Positions 1 through 9,421 of a stretch of DNA of 32,000 bases are shown piece by piece (the stretch's first letter is position 1; each line of letters starts with the position of its first letter). The notes beneath the pieces are model-generated. The model was not told where the DNA came from, searched no databases, and saw only the letters and a program-made list of their open reading frames with translations. The translations under genes and the position numbers were made by a program. Source of the DNA: Alkalilimnicola ehrlichii MLHE-1 (GTDB lineage Bacteria > Pseudomonadota > Gammaproteobacteria > Nitrococcales > Halorhodospiraceae). The stretch is from assembly GCF_000014785.1 (NCBI RefSeq), contig NC_008340.1, positions 1,680,001 through 1,712,000 of the forward strand, given 5' to 3'.

Positions 1-1
1 G

Positions 2-2110
2 CTTACCCCGCAACTGGAGACGGACATCCGCGCCGCCGACAGCAAGACCCGGCTGGAGGACCTCTACCGCCCCTATCAGCCCAAGCGTCGCACCAAGGCC
101 CAGATCGCCCGGGAGCTCGGCCTGGAGCCGCTGGCCGACAGCCTGCTGGAGGACCCCTCGCAGGCGCCGGAGGCGCTGGCCGCGGACTATCTGGTGCCCG
201 CGGGCCCGGACGGCAAAGGCGGCGTCCCCGATGCCCAGGCGGCACTGGACGGCGCCCGTCAGATCCTGATGGAGCGCTTCGCCGAGGATGCCGAGCTGGT
301 CGGCCGGCTGCGCGAGTGGGCCTGGGGCAACGCCCGGCTGCGCAGCCGGGTTATCGAGGGCAAGGAGCGGGAGGGCGCCAAGTTCCGTGACTACTTCGAG
401 CACGAGGAGCCGCTGGCCCGCATCCCCTCCCACCGTGCGCTGGCCCTGTTCCGCGGCCAGAGCGAGGATATCCTGCAATTGAGCCTGATCTGGGAAGGGG
501 AGGACGGCGAGAGCCCCACCGCGGAGGGCATGATCGCGCGCCGCTTCGGTATCCGTCATGGGGACCGTCCCGCCGACGACTGGCTGGCCCGCACCGTGCG
601 CATGAGCTGGCGCGTCAAGCTGTCGCTGCAGCTGGAACTGGCCCTGAAGCGCCGGCTGCGCGAGGCCGCCGAGGAGGAGGCCATCCGCGTCTTCGGGCGT
701 AACCTCAACGACCTGCTGCTGGCCGCCCCGGCCGGTGCGGTCGCCACCATGGGGCTGGACCCGGGCATCCGCACCGGGGTCAAGGTGGCCGTGGTCGACG
801 GCACCGGCAAGGTGGTAGACACCGCGACGGTGCACCCCTTCCCCCCGCGCAATGACCGCAACGGTGCCCTGGCCACCCTCGCCGGGCTGGCCAAGCGGCA
901 CGCCGTCCGCCTGGTGGCCATTGGCAATGGCACCCATTCGCGCGAGACCGATGCCCTGGTGGCGGAACTGATGCAGGCCATGCCGGAACTCCCACTCACC
1001 CGGGTCACCGTCTCCGAGGCCGGGGCCTCGGTCTACTCGGCGTCTGAGTACGCCAGCCGTGAACTGCCGGAACTGGACGTGGCCCTGCGCGGGGCGGTCT
1101 CCATCGCCCGGCGCCTGCAGGACCCGCTGGCCGAGCTGGTGAAGATCGAGCCCAAGGCCATCGGCGTCGGCCAGTACCAGCACGATGTCAGCCAGGTGAA
1201 GCTGGCGCGCACCCTGGACAACGTGGTGGAGGACTGCGTGAACGCCGTGGGCGTGGACGTGAACACCGCCTCCGCCCCGCTGCTCGCCCGGGTCGCCGGC
1301 CTCACCCCCGCGCTGGCCGAGAACGTGGTCAGCCACCGCGACCGGCACGGGCCCTTTCCCGACCGGAAGACCCTGCTCGAGGTGCAGCGCCTGGGCCCCA
1401 AGGCCTACGAGCAGTGCGCCGGTTTCCTTCGGATCCGCGGTGGCCGCAATCCCCTGGATGCCAGCGCCGTCCACCCGGAGGCCTATCCGGTGGTCGAGCG
1501 GATCCTCAAGGACAGCGGCAAGTCCATTGACCAGCTCATCGGCGACAGCCCATTCCTGCAGCGGCTCGAACCGGCCCGCTACACCGATGACCAGTTCGGC
1601 GAGCCGACGGTGCGCGACATCCTCGCCGAGTTGGACAAACCCGGTCGTGACCCGCGCCCGGAGTTTCGCACCGCCCGCTTCCGCGAGGGGGTGAACACCC
1701 TGCAGGACCTGGCGCCGGGCATGGTGCTGGAGGGAACGGTCACCAACGTGACCAACTTCGGCGCCTTCGTCGATATCGGTGTCCACCAGGACGGTCTGGT
1801 GCACATCTCGGCGCTGGCCGAGCGCTTCGTGCGCGACCCGCACGAGGTGGTCAAGGCCGGCGACATCGTCAAGGTGAAGGTCATGGAGGTGGACCTCGAG
1901 CGCAAGCGCATCGGCCTGTCCATGCGCCTGGATGACGAACCCGGAGAGGGCCGGTCGCGCCGCGGCAGCAAGCCGGCCGATGGCGCCGCGGCCCGGCGGG
2001 GTAAGGGCGGCAAGGACAACCGGCCCCAGGGGGGGCGCGGCGCCCGTCGCGAGGAGAAGCCCATGGGTGCCATGGCCGAGGCACTGGCGGCCCTGAAAAA
2101 GGGGCAATGA
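2..2110 (+). CDS. tex: Tex-like transcription accessory protein (N-terminus cut by window edge), C-terminal S1 RNA-binding domain
   Basis: Frame 2 is open from nt 2 and reads [46 protein letters not shown], the conserved Tex core. It continues into ORF 194..2110. S1 motif [31 protein letters not shown] lies near the C-terminus. Stop TGA 2108-2110. Confidence 0.9.
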   Translation, partial: LTPQLETDIRAADSKTRLEDLYRPYQPKRRTKAQIARELGLEPLADSLLEDPSQAPEALAADYLVPAGPDGKGGVPDAQAALDGARQILMERFAEDAELVGRLREWAWGNARLRSRVIEGKEREGAKFRDYFEHEEPLARIPSHRALALFRGQSEDILQLSLIWEGEDGESPTAEGMIARRFGIRHGDRPADDWLARTVRMSWRVKLSLQLELALKRRLREAAEEEAIRVFGRNLNDLLLAAPAGAVATMGLDPGIRTGVKVAVVDGTGKVVDTATVHPFPPRNDRNGALATLAGLAKRHAVRLVAIGNGTHSRETDALVAELMQAMPELPLTRVTVSEAGASVYSASEYASRELPELDVALRGAVSIARRLQDPLAELVKIEPKAIGVGQYQHDVSQVKLARTLDNVVEDCVNAVGVDVNTASAPLLARVAGLTPALAENVVSHRDRHGPFPDRKTLLEVQRLGPKAYEQCAGFLRIRGGRNPLDASAVHPEAYPVVERILKDSGKSIDQLIGDSPFLQRLEPARYTDDQFGEPTVRDILAELDKPGRDPRPEFRTARFREGVNTLQDLAPGMVLEGTVTNVTNFGAFVDIGVHQDGLVHISALAERFVRDPHEVVKAGDIVKVKVMEVDLERKRIGLSMRLDDEPGEGRSRRGSKPADGAAARRGKGGKDNRPQGGRGARREEKPMGAMAEALAALKKGQ

Positions 2111-4461
2111 GCGACGCCGGTACGCCACTGCCCATCGACGCCCTGCGCGCGGATTTCGCGCAGGCCCTGGCCGCGGGCCACGTGGTGGTTACGGCCGCCA
2201 CCGGGTCGGGGAAATCGACCCGGCTGCCGGTCTGGGCCCGGGAGCATGGCCGGGTACTGGTGGTCGAGCCGCGGCGGCTCGCCGCCACCAGCCTGGCCCG
2301 CTTTGTCGCCCGCACCCTGGACACCCGTCTCGGCGGCGGCGTCGGCTACGCCATCCGCCTGGATGCCCGCCACGGTCCCGATACCGAGGTGGTGTTTGCA
2401 ACCCCGGGGATTGCCTTGCGCTGGTATGGCGAAGACCGGCTGCGCGGCTTTACCACGGTGGTGCTGGATGAGTTTCACGAGCGGCGCTGGGATACCGACC
2501 TGCTGCTGGCGCTGCTCCAGGCCGGGGCGAGCCACCGCCTGGTGGTCACCTCGGCCACCATCGCCGGCGCCCGGCTGGCGCAACATCTAAGCGCACGGCA
2601 CCTCAGCTCCGAGGGCCGCAGCCATCCGGTGGACATCGAATACCGGGCCCCGCAGCCCCGCGCCATGCCGGAGACCCGGGACCTGGCGCGGCGGGTCGCC
2701 GGGGCCGTGCAGAGCACCCTGCAGGCCCAATCCGGCGATTGCCTGGTGTTCTTGCCCGGCAAGGGCGAGATCCAGGCCTGTTACCAGGCCCTAAAGGGGA
2801 TCGGGGCCACGGTGCTGCGGCTGCACGCCAGCGCACCGGCGGCGGATCAGGCGGCCGCGCTGGCAGCGCCGGCGCCCGATGCCCCGCCCCGGGTCATCCT
2901 CTCCACCAACGTGGCGGAGACCTCGCTGACCGTCCCCGGGATCACCGCGGTGATCGACAGCGGGCTGGAGCGGCGCACCCACCGTCGTAACGGACGCACC
3001 GTGCTCAGCCTGCAGCCCATCGCCCGCGCCAGCGCCGATCAACGGGCCGGCCGCGCCGGGCGCCTGCAACCGGGCCGCTGCCTGCGCCTCTGGGGCCATC
3101 AGGCACCGCTGGCCGCGGTCACCCCGCCCGAGATCCAACGCGAGGACCTCAGCGATCTGGTCCTTGCGGCCGCCTGCGCCGGGGCCCGGGCCGAGGCCCT
3201 GCCCTTCCCCGAGCCCCTGCCCGCACCGGCGTTGGAGCAGGCCGTGGCCGGCCTGAGGGCGCTGGGCGCCCTGGACCCGCAGGGCCGGGCCACCGAGCGG
3301 GGGCATCGGCTCTTTCAGCTCCCGGTGGACACCGAACTGGCGCACCTGGCGGTGGCCATGCCGGATACGGAGAGCGCCGGTTTCATGGCCGATCTGGCCG
3401 CCGCGCTCAGCACCGGGCGCCGCTGGGTTCAGCCGCCAGCCGACCCGGCGGACGAGGACGCGCTGGCCCGTGCCCTGCCCCGGCGCTGTGACGCCACCCT
3501 GCTGGTCGCGGCGTTGCGCCTCGACAAACTGCCGGGGGTGCGGGTGGACCGCGCCAGCCGCAAGGAGGCCCGGCGTCTGGCCGACCAACTCCGGGGGCTG
3601 ATGAACCTGCCCGCGCGGCCGGTAGCCCTGGAGGGGGACCCGACCGCGGCCTTTGCCGCAGCCGTCCGGGCCCTGCCCCGGCGCACCTACGTCCGGCGGG
3701 AGCGGCGCCGCCAGGCCATGGGCAACGGCGGTGATGAATTGTTGATCAGCGACCAATCGCGACTGGACCCCGAGGCCGAGGCGGCCCTCTGCCTGGATGA
3801 GCACAGCGTTCCGGGCCGGGGCACCCGCCAGACGGTGACCCTGGGAACCTGTCTCGCACCGGTCCCGCTGCAGGCCCTCCTCGACGCCGGGCTGGCGGAG
3901 GCCACCCTGCAGGCCCCCCGGCTGGAGGAGGGCCGGCTGCTGGCCCGGCGCAGTTGGCGGTACGCCGGCCGCACCCTCCACAGCGAGGACGTGGTGCCGG
4001 AGGGCGCCCCGGCACGGGAGGCCATGGCCGAACTGATCCTGGCCGACCGGCTGTTGCGACCAGCCGGCGCACGACTACGTGACGACCTCGCCGCCTGGGC
4101 GCTGTACGTGGCGCTGGGCCAGGGTCAGGGCACGGTGCCCTCCCCCCGGCCGTGGCTGGTGGAGCAGCTGACCGAGCTAGGGGTGGAGAACCAGGAGGAT
4201 CTGCAACTGATCGAGCCTGAGGACCTCGCGTTCGAGGGCGTGCCGGAATGGGAGCGGGCGCGCTTCGATGAGCACTACCCGCGCCGGATCCAGCTACCGG
4301 ACCTGCTGCTCCAGGTGCACTACGACGTGCGGCGCCGAGTCATCACTGTGGAGAAGGTCCGCGGCAGCCGCAAACGGGACCCGCAGCGCTGGGAGCTGCC
4401 GGCCTGGCCGGGGTGGCGGATCAAGTACCAACGCGCCAGCCGGGTGGTGGAGGTGCGGTGA
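2107..4461 (+). CDS. DEAH/HA2-type ATP-dependent helicase (HrpB-like N-terminal two thirds, unassigned C-terminal ~330 aa)
   Basis: 784 aa ORF. Motif [14 protein letters not shown], motif II DEFHER, motif III SAT, motif [12 protein letters not shown]2-like segment [42 protein letters not shown] 2107 overlaps the tex stop (ATGA). Confidence 0.85.
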   Translation: MSDAGTPLPIDALRADFAQALAAGHVVVTAATGSGKSTRLPVWAREHGRVLVVEPRRLAATSLARFVARTLDTRLGGGVGYAIRLDARHGPDTEVVFATPGIALRWYGEDRLRGFTTVVLDEFHERRWDTDLLLALLQAGASHRLVVTSATIAGARLAQHLSARHLSSEGRSHPVDIEYRAPQPRAMPETRDLARRVAGAVQSTLQAQSGDCLVFLPGKGEIQACYQALKGIGATVLRLHASAPAADQAAALAAPAPDAPPRVILSTNVAETSLTVPGITAVIDSGLERRTHRRNGRTVLSLQPIARASADQRAGRAGRLQPGRCLRLWGHQAPLAAVTPPEIQREDLSDLVLAAACAGARAEALPFPEPLPAPALEQAVAGLRALGALDPQGRATERGHRLFQLPVDTELAHLAVAMPDTESAGFMADLAAALSTGRRWVQPPADPADEDALARALPRRCDATLLVAALRLDKLPGVRVDRASRKEARRLADQLRGLMNLPARPVALEGDPTAAFAAAVRALPRRTYVRRERRRQAMGNGGDELLISDQSRLDPEAEAALCLDEHSVPGRGTRQTVTLGTCLAPVPLQALLDAGLAEATLQAPRLEEGRLLARRSWRYAGRTLHSEDVVPEGAPAREAMAELILADRLLRPAGARLRDDLAAWALYVALGQGQGTVPSPRPWLVEQLTELGVENQEDLQLIEPEDLAFEGVPEWERARFDEHYPRRIQLPDLLLQVHYDVRRRVITVEKVRGSRKRDPQRWELPAWPGWRIKYQRASRVVEVR

Positions 4462-4501
4462 GCCCGACATTGCCCGCAAACCCGCGACCCGAGCCACCCG
4501 C

Positions 4502-5497
4502 TCAGCGGTATAGGCCGATCAGGCCGCGGGCCACCGTGGCGATCTCCTGTCGCAGCCGTTGCGGGCGCAGGACCTCCACCTTGTCCCCGAAACCGAGCAA
4601 CCACCAGCGCAACTGGTGGGTGTCCTCCACCTCGGCACGCACCCGTACCCAGCCGGAATCGCCCTGCTCCCGCTCCAACTGCTGGTCCGGAGCCAGGGGC
4701 GTCTCCTGCAGGTGGTAGCCGGCATCCGGGGCGAAGCGGGCCTCCAATTCGATGGCGCACGCGCCGGCGCGATAGTCGAACCCACCCTTGCGGATCCAGT
4801 CATCCAGGTCGAACCCCTCCGGCGTTCGCGCCGGCGCATCCAGGAGCCTGGCCGCCTGAAAGCGGTGCAGGGCCAGCGGCAGGACGTCCGGGTAATCCCA
4901 CAGCGACGCCACCAGGTAGGCCACCGCATCGCGGAAGGCCAGCCCCAGCGGGTTGACCCGGTACTGGCGCGGACCGCCGCTGCGGGGCACATAGGTGGCC
5001 TCCAAGCACCGGCCCTCGAGCAGCCCGTGATAGAGCACCTCCACCACGGCGGGCTGAACCTCCGGCGGGTGCAGGGGCTGATACCGCGGCAGGATGCGGA
5101 TGCGCTCACGCCACTGCGCCAATCGCCCCCCCGCCGTGCTCAACGCCCGCCTTGCCTGGAGGAAGTGGGGCTCCAGATGCTTGACCACCCCTTTCGGCAG
5201 CATGTCGCCCAGGTGCTCCTCGACCAGACAGAAGGTCAGCGCGGTCGGTGGGTCCATGTGTGGCAGTTCAATCAGGGCCCCATCGCCTTTCCAGGACCAT
5301 CCATGGGGTAGTTCCCGCTCATCGCAGATCAGCGGGAACATCGCCGAGAGCCGCTGCAGATCCCGCTGCACCGTCCGGTGGGTGACCGAGAAGCCCAGCT
5401 CTGCCAGCCGATTCCGGATCTGGGTGCTGGAGACCTTGCGGGGCTCCCGGGGGATCAGCCGGAGGGTCTGCAGGTGGCGAATGCTGGTTTCCGACAT
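4502..5497 (-). CDS. WYL-domain transcriptional regulator (wHTH-WYL-WCX architecture, YafY/CapW/BrxR-like)
   Basis: 331 aa. N-terminal wHTH VSSTQIRNRLAELGFSVTHRTVQRDLQRL. Central WYL-like block RVNPLGLAFRDAVAYLVASLWDYPDVLPLALHRFQAARLL. C-terminal WVRVRAEVEDTHQLRWWLLGFGDKVEVLRPQRLRQEI. GGAGGA sits 6 nt upstream of ATG (complement of 5495-5497). Confidence 0.85.
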   Translation of the reverse strand: MSETSIRHLQTLRLIPREPRKVSSTQIRNRLAELGFSVTHRTVQRDLQRLSAMFPLICDERELPHGWSWKGDGALIELPHMDPPTALTFCLVEEHLGDMLPKGVVKHLEPHFLQARRALSTAGGRLAQWRERIRILPRYQPLHPPEVQPAVVEVLYHGLLEGRCLEATYVPRSGGPRQYRVNPLGLAFRDAVAYLVASLWDYPDVLPLALHRFQAARLLDAPARTPEGFDLDDWIRKGGFDYRAGACAIELEARFAPDAGYHLQETPLAPDQQLEREQGDSGWVRVRAEVEDTHQLRWWLLGFGDKVEVLRPQRLRQEIATVARGLIGLYR

Positions 5498-5771
5498 CCA
5501 TCGTCCTCCATCGCGCTACGCAGGCGCTGCCGGTTCCACTTATTTCCATACGTGACGCCATGCCTTTCTTATAAAATGCCACACCCCCATAAAAACGCCT
5601 ACATGCGACAAATGGTGTCGGTTCGCACCGAGCCCCGCCGTCGGGCGCGCGAGGCACGGGGAAAATGCGCGGCAGTGGCATTCAGCTAAGGTATAGTCAG
5701 TCGTCGGTGTCATGGCGCACGCACTCAGCCCATGCACCAGCCATCCGCGAAGGTGTCCCGAAGGAGGCCCC
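5498..5771. promoter_or_regulatory. Divergent promoter/leader region between the WYL regulator and the ATP-grasp operon
   Basis: 274 bp non-coding gap between divergent start codons. It contains a locally AT-rich patch (about 5540-5615, e.g. cttataaaatgcc, ccataaaaacgcc) in an otherwise GC-rich context. No confident -35/-10 pair or operator palindrome could be fixed by eye. Confidence 0.4.
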
Positions 5772-6995
5772 ATGGAAAAGAACCCCGACAAAGGTTTTGT
5801 AGCCCTGCTGGGCTGGAGCCTGAACGCCGTTGAAGCCGCTGAGAACTTCGACCGGCGCTACGTGGTGGTGGCCCCGGACTGGGCCGAGGATTACTGTCAA
5901 CAGCACAATATCCCCTATGTGCCCTGGAACTTCGAGCGCCTCAACGACCGCTCAATGGAGATCGCCCAAACCCTCAAGGACATGGGCGTGGATGTCGCCA
6001 TCCCGCTGTTCGAAGAGACCGTGGAGTGGGCGGGGGCCATCAATGCGGTGTTGTTGGACAGCCCCAAGCTGCTGGGTCAATCGATGCTGCTGCGCGACAA
6101 GTCGCTGATGAAACGCCGCGCGCAGCTCGGCGGTATCCGGGTGGGCATCTTCGAGGAGGCCCATGACAAGGATGACGTCATCCGTTTTCTCAAGCGGGTC
6201 AACCAGACGCTGCTAAAGCTGGACGGCGATCCCAACGACCCCATCCACTTCAAGGCGTTCGACAAGGCCGGCTGCCTCGGCCATCGGGTCATCCGCACCC
6301 CGGATGACGTCGATACCATCCCCGAGGAGGAGTTTCCGGCGCTGATGGAGTCCCATCTGGACGGCTGGGAGTTCGCCGTGGAGGCGTGGGTCCAGAACGG
6401 CAAAATCCGCTTCATGAATATCTCCGAGTACGTCACCCTGGGCTACTCGGTGTTCGTGCCCGCCTCGCCGGAACTCGAGGCCCACCGGCCCGCCATCCGA
6501 AGGGAGCTGGAAAAGCTCATCAAGGCCTTCGACATCGAATTTGGCTTCGTCCACCCGGAGTACTTCGTCACCAACGACAACGAGATGTATTTTGGCGAAG
6601 TGGCCTACCGGCCGCCGGGCTTCAAGGTCTTCGAGCTGCTGGAGCGGGTCTACGGCTTCAACGCCTACCAGGGGCTGATCCTCTGCTTCGACCCCAAGAC
6701 CACCGAGGAGGAGATCACGGCCTTCTTCCCGCGCGAGGTGGTGGATGCGGATGGGCATGCCGGCTGTTTCGGCGTCTATCCGCGGCGCCGTGTGGTCAGC
6801 CGCCTGGAGATCCCGGAGGAGACCGAGAATCACCCCTACTTTGAGTCCCACGAGCTAACCCCGCCACTGGAGGAGACGGTGACCAAGCGCACCGCCTTCG
6901 GTACCCACTGGGGCCTGATTTACTTCCGCGGCGAGGACCCCCACGTGCTTCGGGATCTGCTGAAACACCAGGAGGATCTGGACTTCTACGTCTAG
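5772..6995 (+). CDS. ATP-grasp fold ligase (carboxylate-amine/amidoligase type), substrate unknown
   Basis: ORF 5712..6995. The preferred start is ATG 5772 (MEKNPDKG), preceded by AAGGAGG at 5761-5767. ATP-grasp landmarks: LLRDKSLMKRRAQLGGIRV, HFKAFDKAG (Lys strand), ESHLDGWEFAVEAWVQNGKIRF, and FVHPEYFVT...MYFGEVAYRPPG, which resembles the PurK/PurT-type EVAPRP Mg-ATP loop. Confidence 0.8.
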   Translation: MEKNPDKGFVALLGWSLNAVEAAENFDRRYVVVAPDWAEDYCQQHNIPYVPWNFERLNDRSMEIAQTLKDMGVDVAIPLFEETVEWAGAINAVLLDSPKLLGQSMLLRDKSLMKRRAQLGGIRVGIFEEAHDKDDVIRFLKRVNQTLLKLDGDPNDPIHFKAFDKAGCLGHRVIRTPDDVDTIPEEEFPALMESHLDGWEFAVEAWVQNGKIRFMNISEYVTLGYSVFVPASPELEAHRPAIRRELEKLIKAFDIEFGFVHPEYFVTNDNEMYFGEVAYRPPGFKVFELLERVYGFNAYQGLILCFDPKTTEEEITAFFPREVVDADGHAGCFGVYPRRRVVSRLEIPEETENHPYFESHELTPPLEETVTKRTAFGTHWGLIYFRGEDPHVLRDLLKHQEDLDFYV

Positions 6996-7036
6996 CGTTG
7001 CATTATGGAGCCAAACGACGCGGTCAGGGAGTCAGC

Positions 7037-9061
7037 GTGAGCGATCAGGATCATCCCGGGGTGCCACCGGAGGACAGGCTCCGTCCATTGCTGAAGCAAC
7101 TGGACGCGGCCATCCATGCCTTGGCGCAGTCCCCCACCTTCACCAAGGCCACCCGGCTGCCCCGGGTGCTGGACATCGCCCGCCGGGTGATGCTCCAGCC
7201 CGGGGGCTGCACGGCCGTCGAGGAGCGGGCCGCGGCGTTGGAAGAGGCCGGGGTCTTCGCCGGCTCGGACTGGGCCACCCCGGAGATCCTGGTGCCGACC
7301 CTGTCCACCCACGCCTTGGGCAGCCCCGATGCCAACACGGTCGTGGTGGAGGCCCTCAGCCAGTTGCGGATGCTCGCCGTGGCCACCGGCGGCTACACCC
7401 ACCCAACCCTGTCGTCAGAGCAGGCCCACCACTTTCTGACCCAGGTCCTGGCCCTGAACCTCAACTACCTCTTCCTGGCCCCCAGCGAGGCGGAGCGGAC
7501 CGCCCAGGGGCGCCTGGCGCAACTGCCAAGGGCGCTGTTCATGCACCTGGCAGAGCGCATCGGCTACGAGCACGTGATCGACCGGCTGATCGATGAGATC
7601 TGGCGCATCCTTCAGCAGCGTCCGATCCAGACCGAGGCGGTCAAGCGGATGGTCACCCAGATCGCCATCTGCCGCGCCAATCCGGCGATCGACCTGGGGG
7701 CCAGCGGCCACGGCGCGGAGCGGCTGGTCAGCAGCCTGTTCGGCCCTACCCAGGGGTGCCGGGAGGACCCCGGCGTGGCGGTCTATGAGCAGCGGCTGGC
7801 GAGTATGGACGGCGGCGCCCTGCAATCGGAGGCGATCGGTTTCGCCCGCGCCATGCACGACACCGGCCTGGTCTCCCCCTACCACCCGGTACTGCTCCGC
7901 TTCCTGCTCGGCCACGGTGATCACTTGGTGGCCGAGGCCATGGGGCTGTCCGCCACCGGGCGCGACTGTTTGCTCTGCTACTCCGACCTGGTCCGGGCAC
8001 TGATCAATGAAGCGGTCCACCCAGACACCGCTCAGGCGATATACGGCCTCGCCCTGCTGCTGGAGCGAGGCAGCCTGTACCAGCCGCCGGTGGCCCCCGC
8101 CCTGTGGCGTCAGCTGGCGCTGCCGCTGTCCGAATGGGCGCGAGAGCGGCTGCACGCGGCCACCGGCGCGACGGTCCATCCGGAGGCGCGGTTGCTGGAG
8201 GGGGTCCTCTGCCTGCTCGGGCAACCGCTGGGGGTGGGTCAGGGCAACAACCCCACCTGCCAGTCGGCGCGGGCCCTCTCCATGTGGGCCTACAACGACC
8301 CGGACTACCTGCTGCAGATGGTGGCCTGGGCGGCGCGCGATGACGAGATCATCATGCACTTCGAGGGCCAGCCCATATCATCGCGGGAGAGCGTTTCCGG
8401 TGTGGCCGATGAACTGCCCATGGACCTGGACCCGGTCTCGTTGCTGGTGGTCCCCCACCTAGACCGAATCTACGCCGAAATGGGACGCCGCTGTGCCAAC
8501 CGCCAGGGCGATCCCCACCGCTGGGTCAACCCGGAGTTCCACGGCTGGTGGGCAGGACGGGGTTTCCGCATCAACGTCGACGTGGACAGCGGCCGGCTTA
8601 CCGGCCTGGAGGACTTTCTCCGCCACTTCTACGCCTGCTACCACCCCTATTACAACGGCAATCAGCCCATTATTCATCCGCAGCCCGCGGGCGTGGCGGT
8701 CACCGACAGTGCCGCCCGGTTCATCGGCTGGCACGCCATCACCCTGCTCCGCGTGGCCCTCGACCCTTCCAACGTCATGCGGGTCTATTTCTACAATCCC
8801 AACAACGACAGCGGCCAGGACTGGGGGGATGGGGTGACGGTGAGCACCGCCGGTAACGGGGAGTACTACGGCGAGGCCTCCCTGCCCTTTCCGCAATTTG
8901 CCTCACGGCTCTACATCTTTCACTACGATCCGCTCGAGCGCGGCGAGCTGGCACGAATCAGCCAGGCGGAATTGGACGAGGTCGTCGGCCACATCCAGCG
9001 CAGCTGGGGGGCGGACCGCCTGCCGGAGATCGGCGACGGCGCCTGGACCCAGCAGCGGTAG
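7037..9061 (+). CDS. Large hypothetical protein: helical N-terminal ~400 aa plus C-terminal papain-like (clan CA-like) thiol peptidase/transglutaminase-like signature
   Basis: ORF 6998..9061 (687 aa from TTG 6998). GTG 7037 is preferred because GGGAG lies at 7027-7031. The gene starts 3-42 nt after the ATP-grasp stop, so it is probably in the same operon. Motifs: GQGNNPTCQSARALSMWAY (Gln415, Cys421 = nt 8258-8260) and GWHAITLLRVALDPSNVMRVYFYNPNNDSG (His579 = nt 8732-8734). No family recognised by eye. Confidence 0.75.
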   Translation: MSDQDHPGVPPEDRLRPLLKQLDAAIHALAQSPTFTKATRLPRVLDIARRVMLQPGGCTAVEERAAALEEAGVFAGSDWATPEILVPTLSTHALGSPDANTVVVEALSQLRMLAVATGGYTHPTLSSEQAHHFLTQVLALNLNYLFLAPSEAERTAQGRLAQLPRALFMHLAERIGYEHVIDRLIDEIWRILQQRPIQTEAVKRMVTQIAICRANPAIDLGASGHGAERLVSSLFGPTQGCREDPGVAVYEQRLASMDGGALQSEAIGFARAMHDTGLVSPYHPVLLRFLLGHGDHLVAEAMGLSATGRDCLLCYSDLVRALINEAVHPDTAQAIYGLALLLERGSLYQPPVAPALWRQLALPLSEWARERLHAATGATVHPEARLLEGVLCLLGQPLGVGQGNNPTCQSARALSMWAYNDPDYLLQMVAWAARDDEIIMHFEGQPISSRESVSGVADELPMDLDPVSLLVVPHLDRIYAEMGRRCANRQGDPHRWVNPEFHGWWAGRGFRINVDVDSGRLTGLEDFLRHFYACYHPYYNGNQPIIHPQPAGVAVTDSAARFIGWHAITLLRVALDPSNVMRVYFYNPNNDSGQDWGDGVTVSTAGNGEYYGEASLPFPQFASRLYIFHYDPLERGELARISQAELDEVVGHIQRSWGADRLPEIGDGAWTQQR

Positions 9062-9421
9062 TCAGCCCCCCTCCCCATTGGGGCGGGCGAAGACCAGCAC
9101 GCCGGACTGGCTGGACTGCAGGATACCGCCAAAGGGCAGCGGCTGCTCCGCACCCGCCTCGAGGTAGGGACGCAGGGGCTCGAACGGAGCGTCCCGCTTT
9201 AGCAGATAGGCCTCGCACTGGTGGCCGAAGGGGAAGTCCTGCTCGGAGAAGCAATACCAGAAATAACGGGGCCCCCAGGGGGTGTCCAGCCGGGCCTCGT
9301 ACACCCGGTGGTACATCCGCTCCTCGTACTTCCAGTCCCGTGCATTCACACTCCGAAACGCCAGTGTCACTGCGTCCTGTCCCGCCCCGACGGTATAGCT
9401 GTGCGGGTTATCTCTCCACAT
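9062..9421 (-). CDS. Hypothetical protein, 119 aa, Trp/Tyr/Phe-rich, no recognisable domain
   Basis: ORF 9062..9448 (TTG start). ATG at the complement of 9419-9421 is preferred, with GGAG 7 nt upstream. Third-position GC is high and the amino-acid composition looks globular. Its stop is directly adjacent to the stop of the 7037..9061 gene. Confidence 0.6.
   Translation of the reverse strand: MWRDNPHSYTVGAGQDAVTLAFRSVNARDWKYEERMYHRVYEARLDTPWGPRYFWYCFSEQDFPFGHQCEAYLLKRDAPFEPLRPYLEAGAEQPLPFGGILQSSQSGVLVFARPNGEGG

Noticed and set aside
5575-5689. Small upstream ORF as a graspetide/RiPP precursor for the ATP-grasp enzyme
   Set aside because: The 37 aa peptide is Arg-rich. It lacks the repeated Thr/Ser/Lys...Asp/Glu core motifs of graspetide precursors and has no SD. 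I kept it only as a note within the leader-region finding.
5712-5771. Longer N-termini suggested by the ORF track: ATG 5712 for the ATP-grasp gene, TTG 6998 for the large protein, TTG 9448 for the small protein, 16678 for mutS, 10542 for csrA, 15267 for recX and 28926 for bphP
   Set aside because: In each case an internal start has a good Shine-Dalgarno, or aligns with the conserved family N-terminus, or both. The longer versions overlap neighbouring genes or add Arg/Pro-rich junk. The 5' ends remain uncertain for the novel genes.
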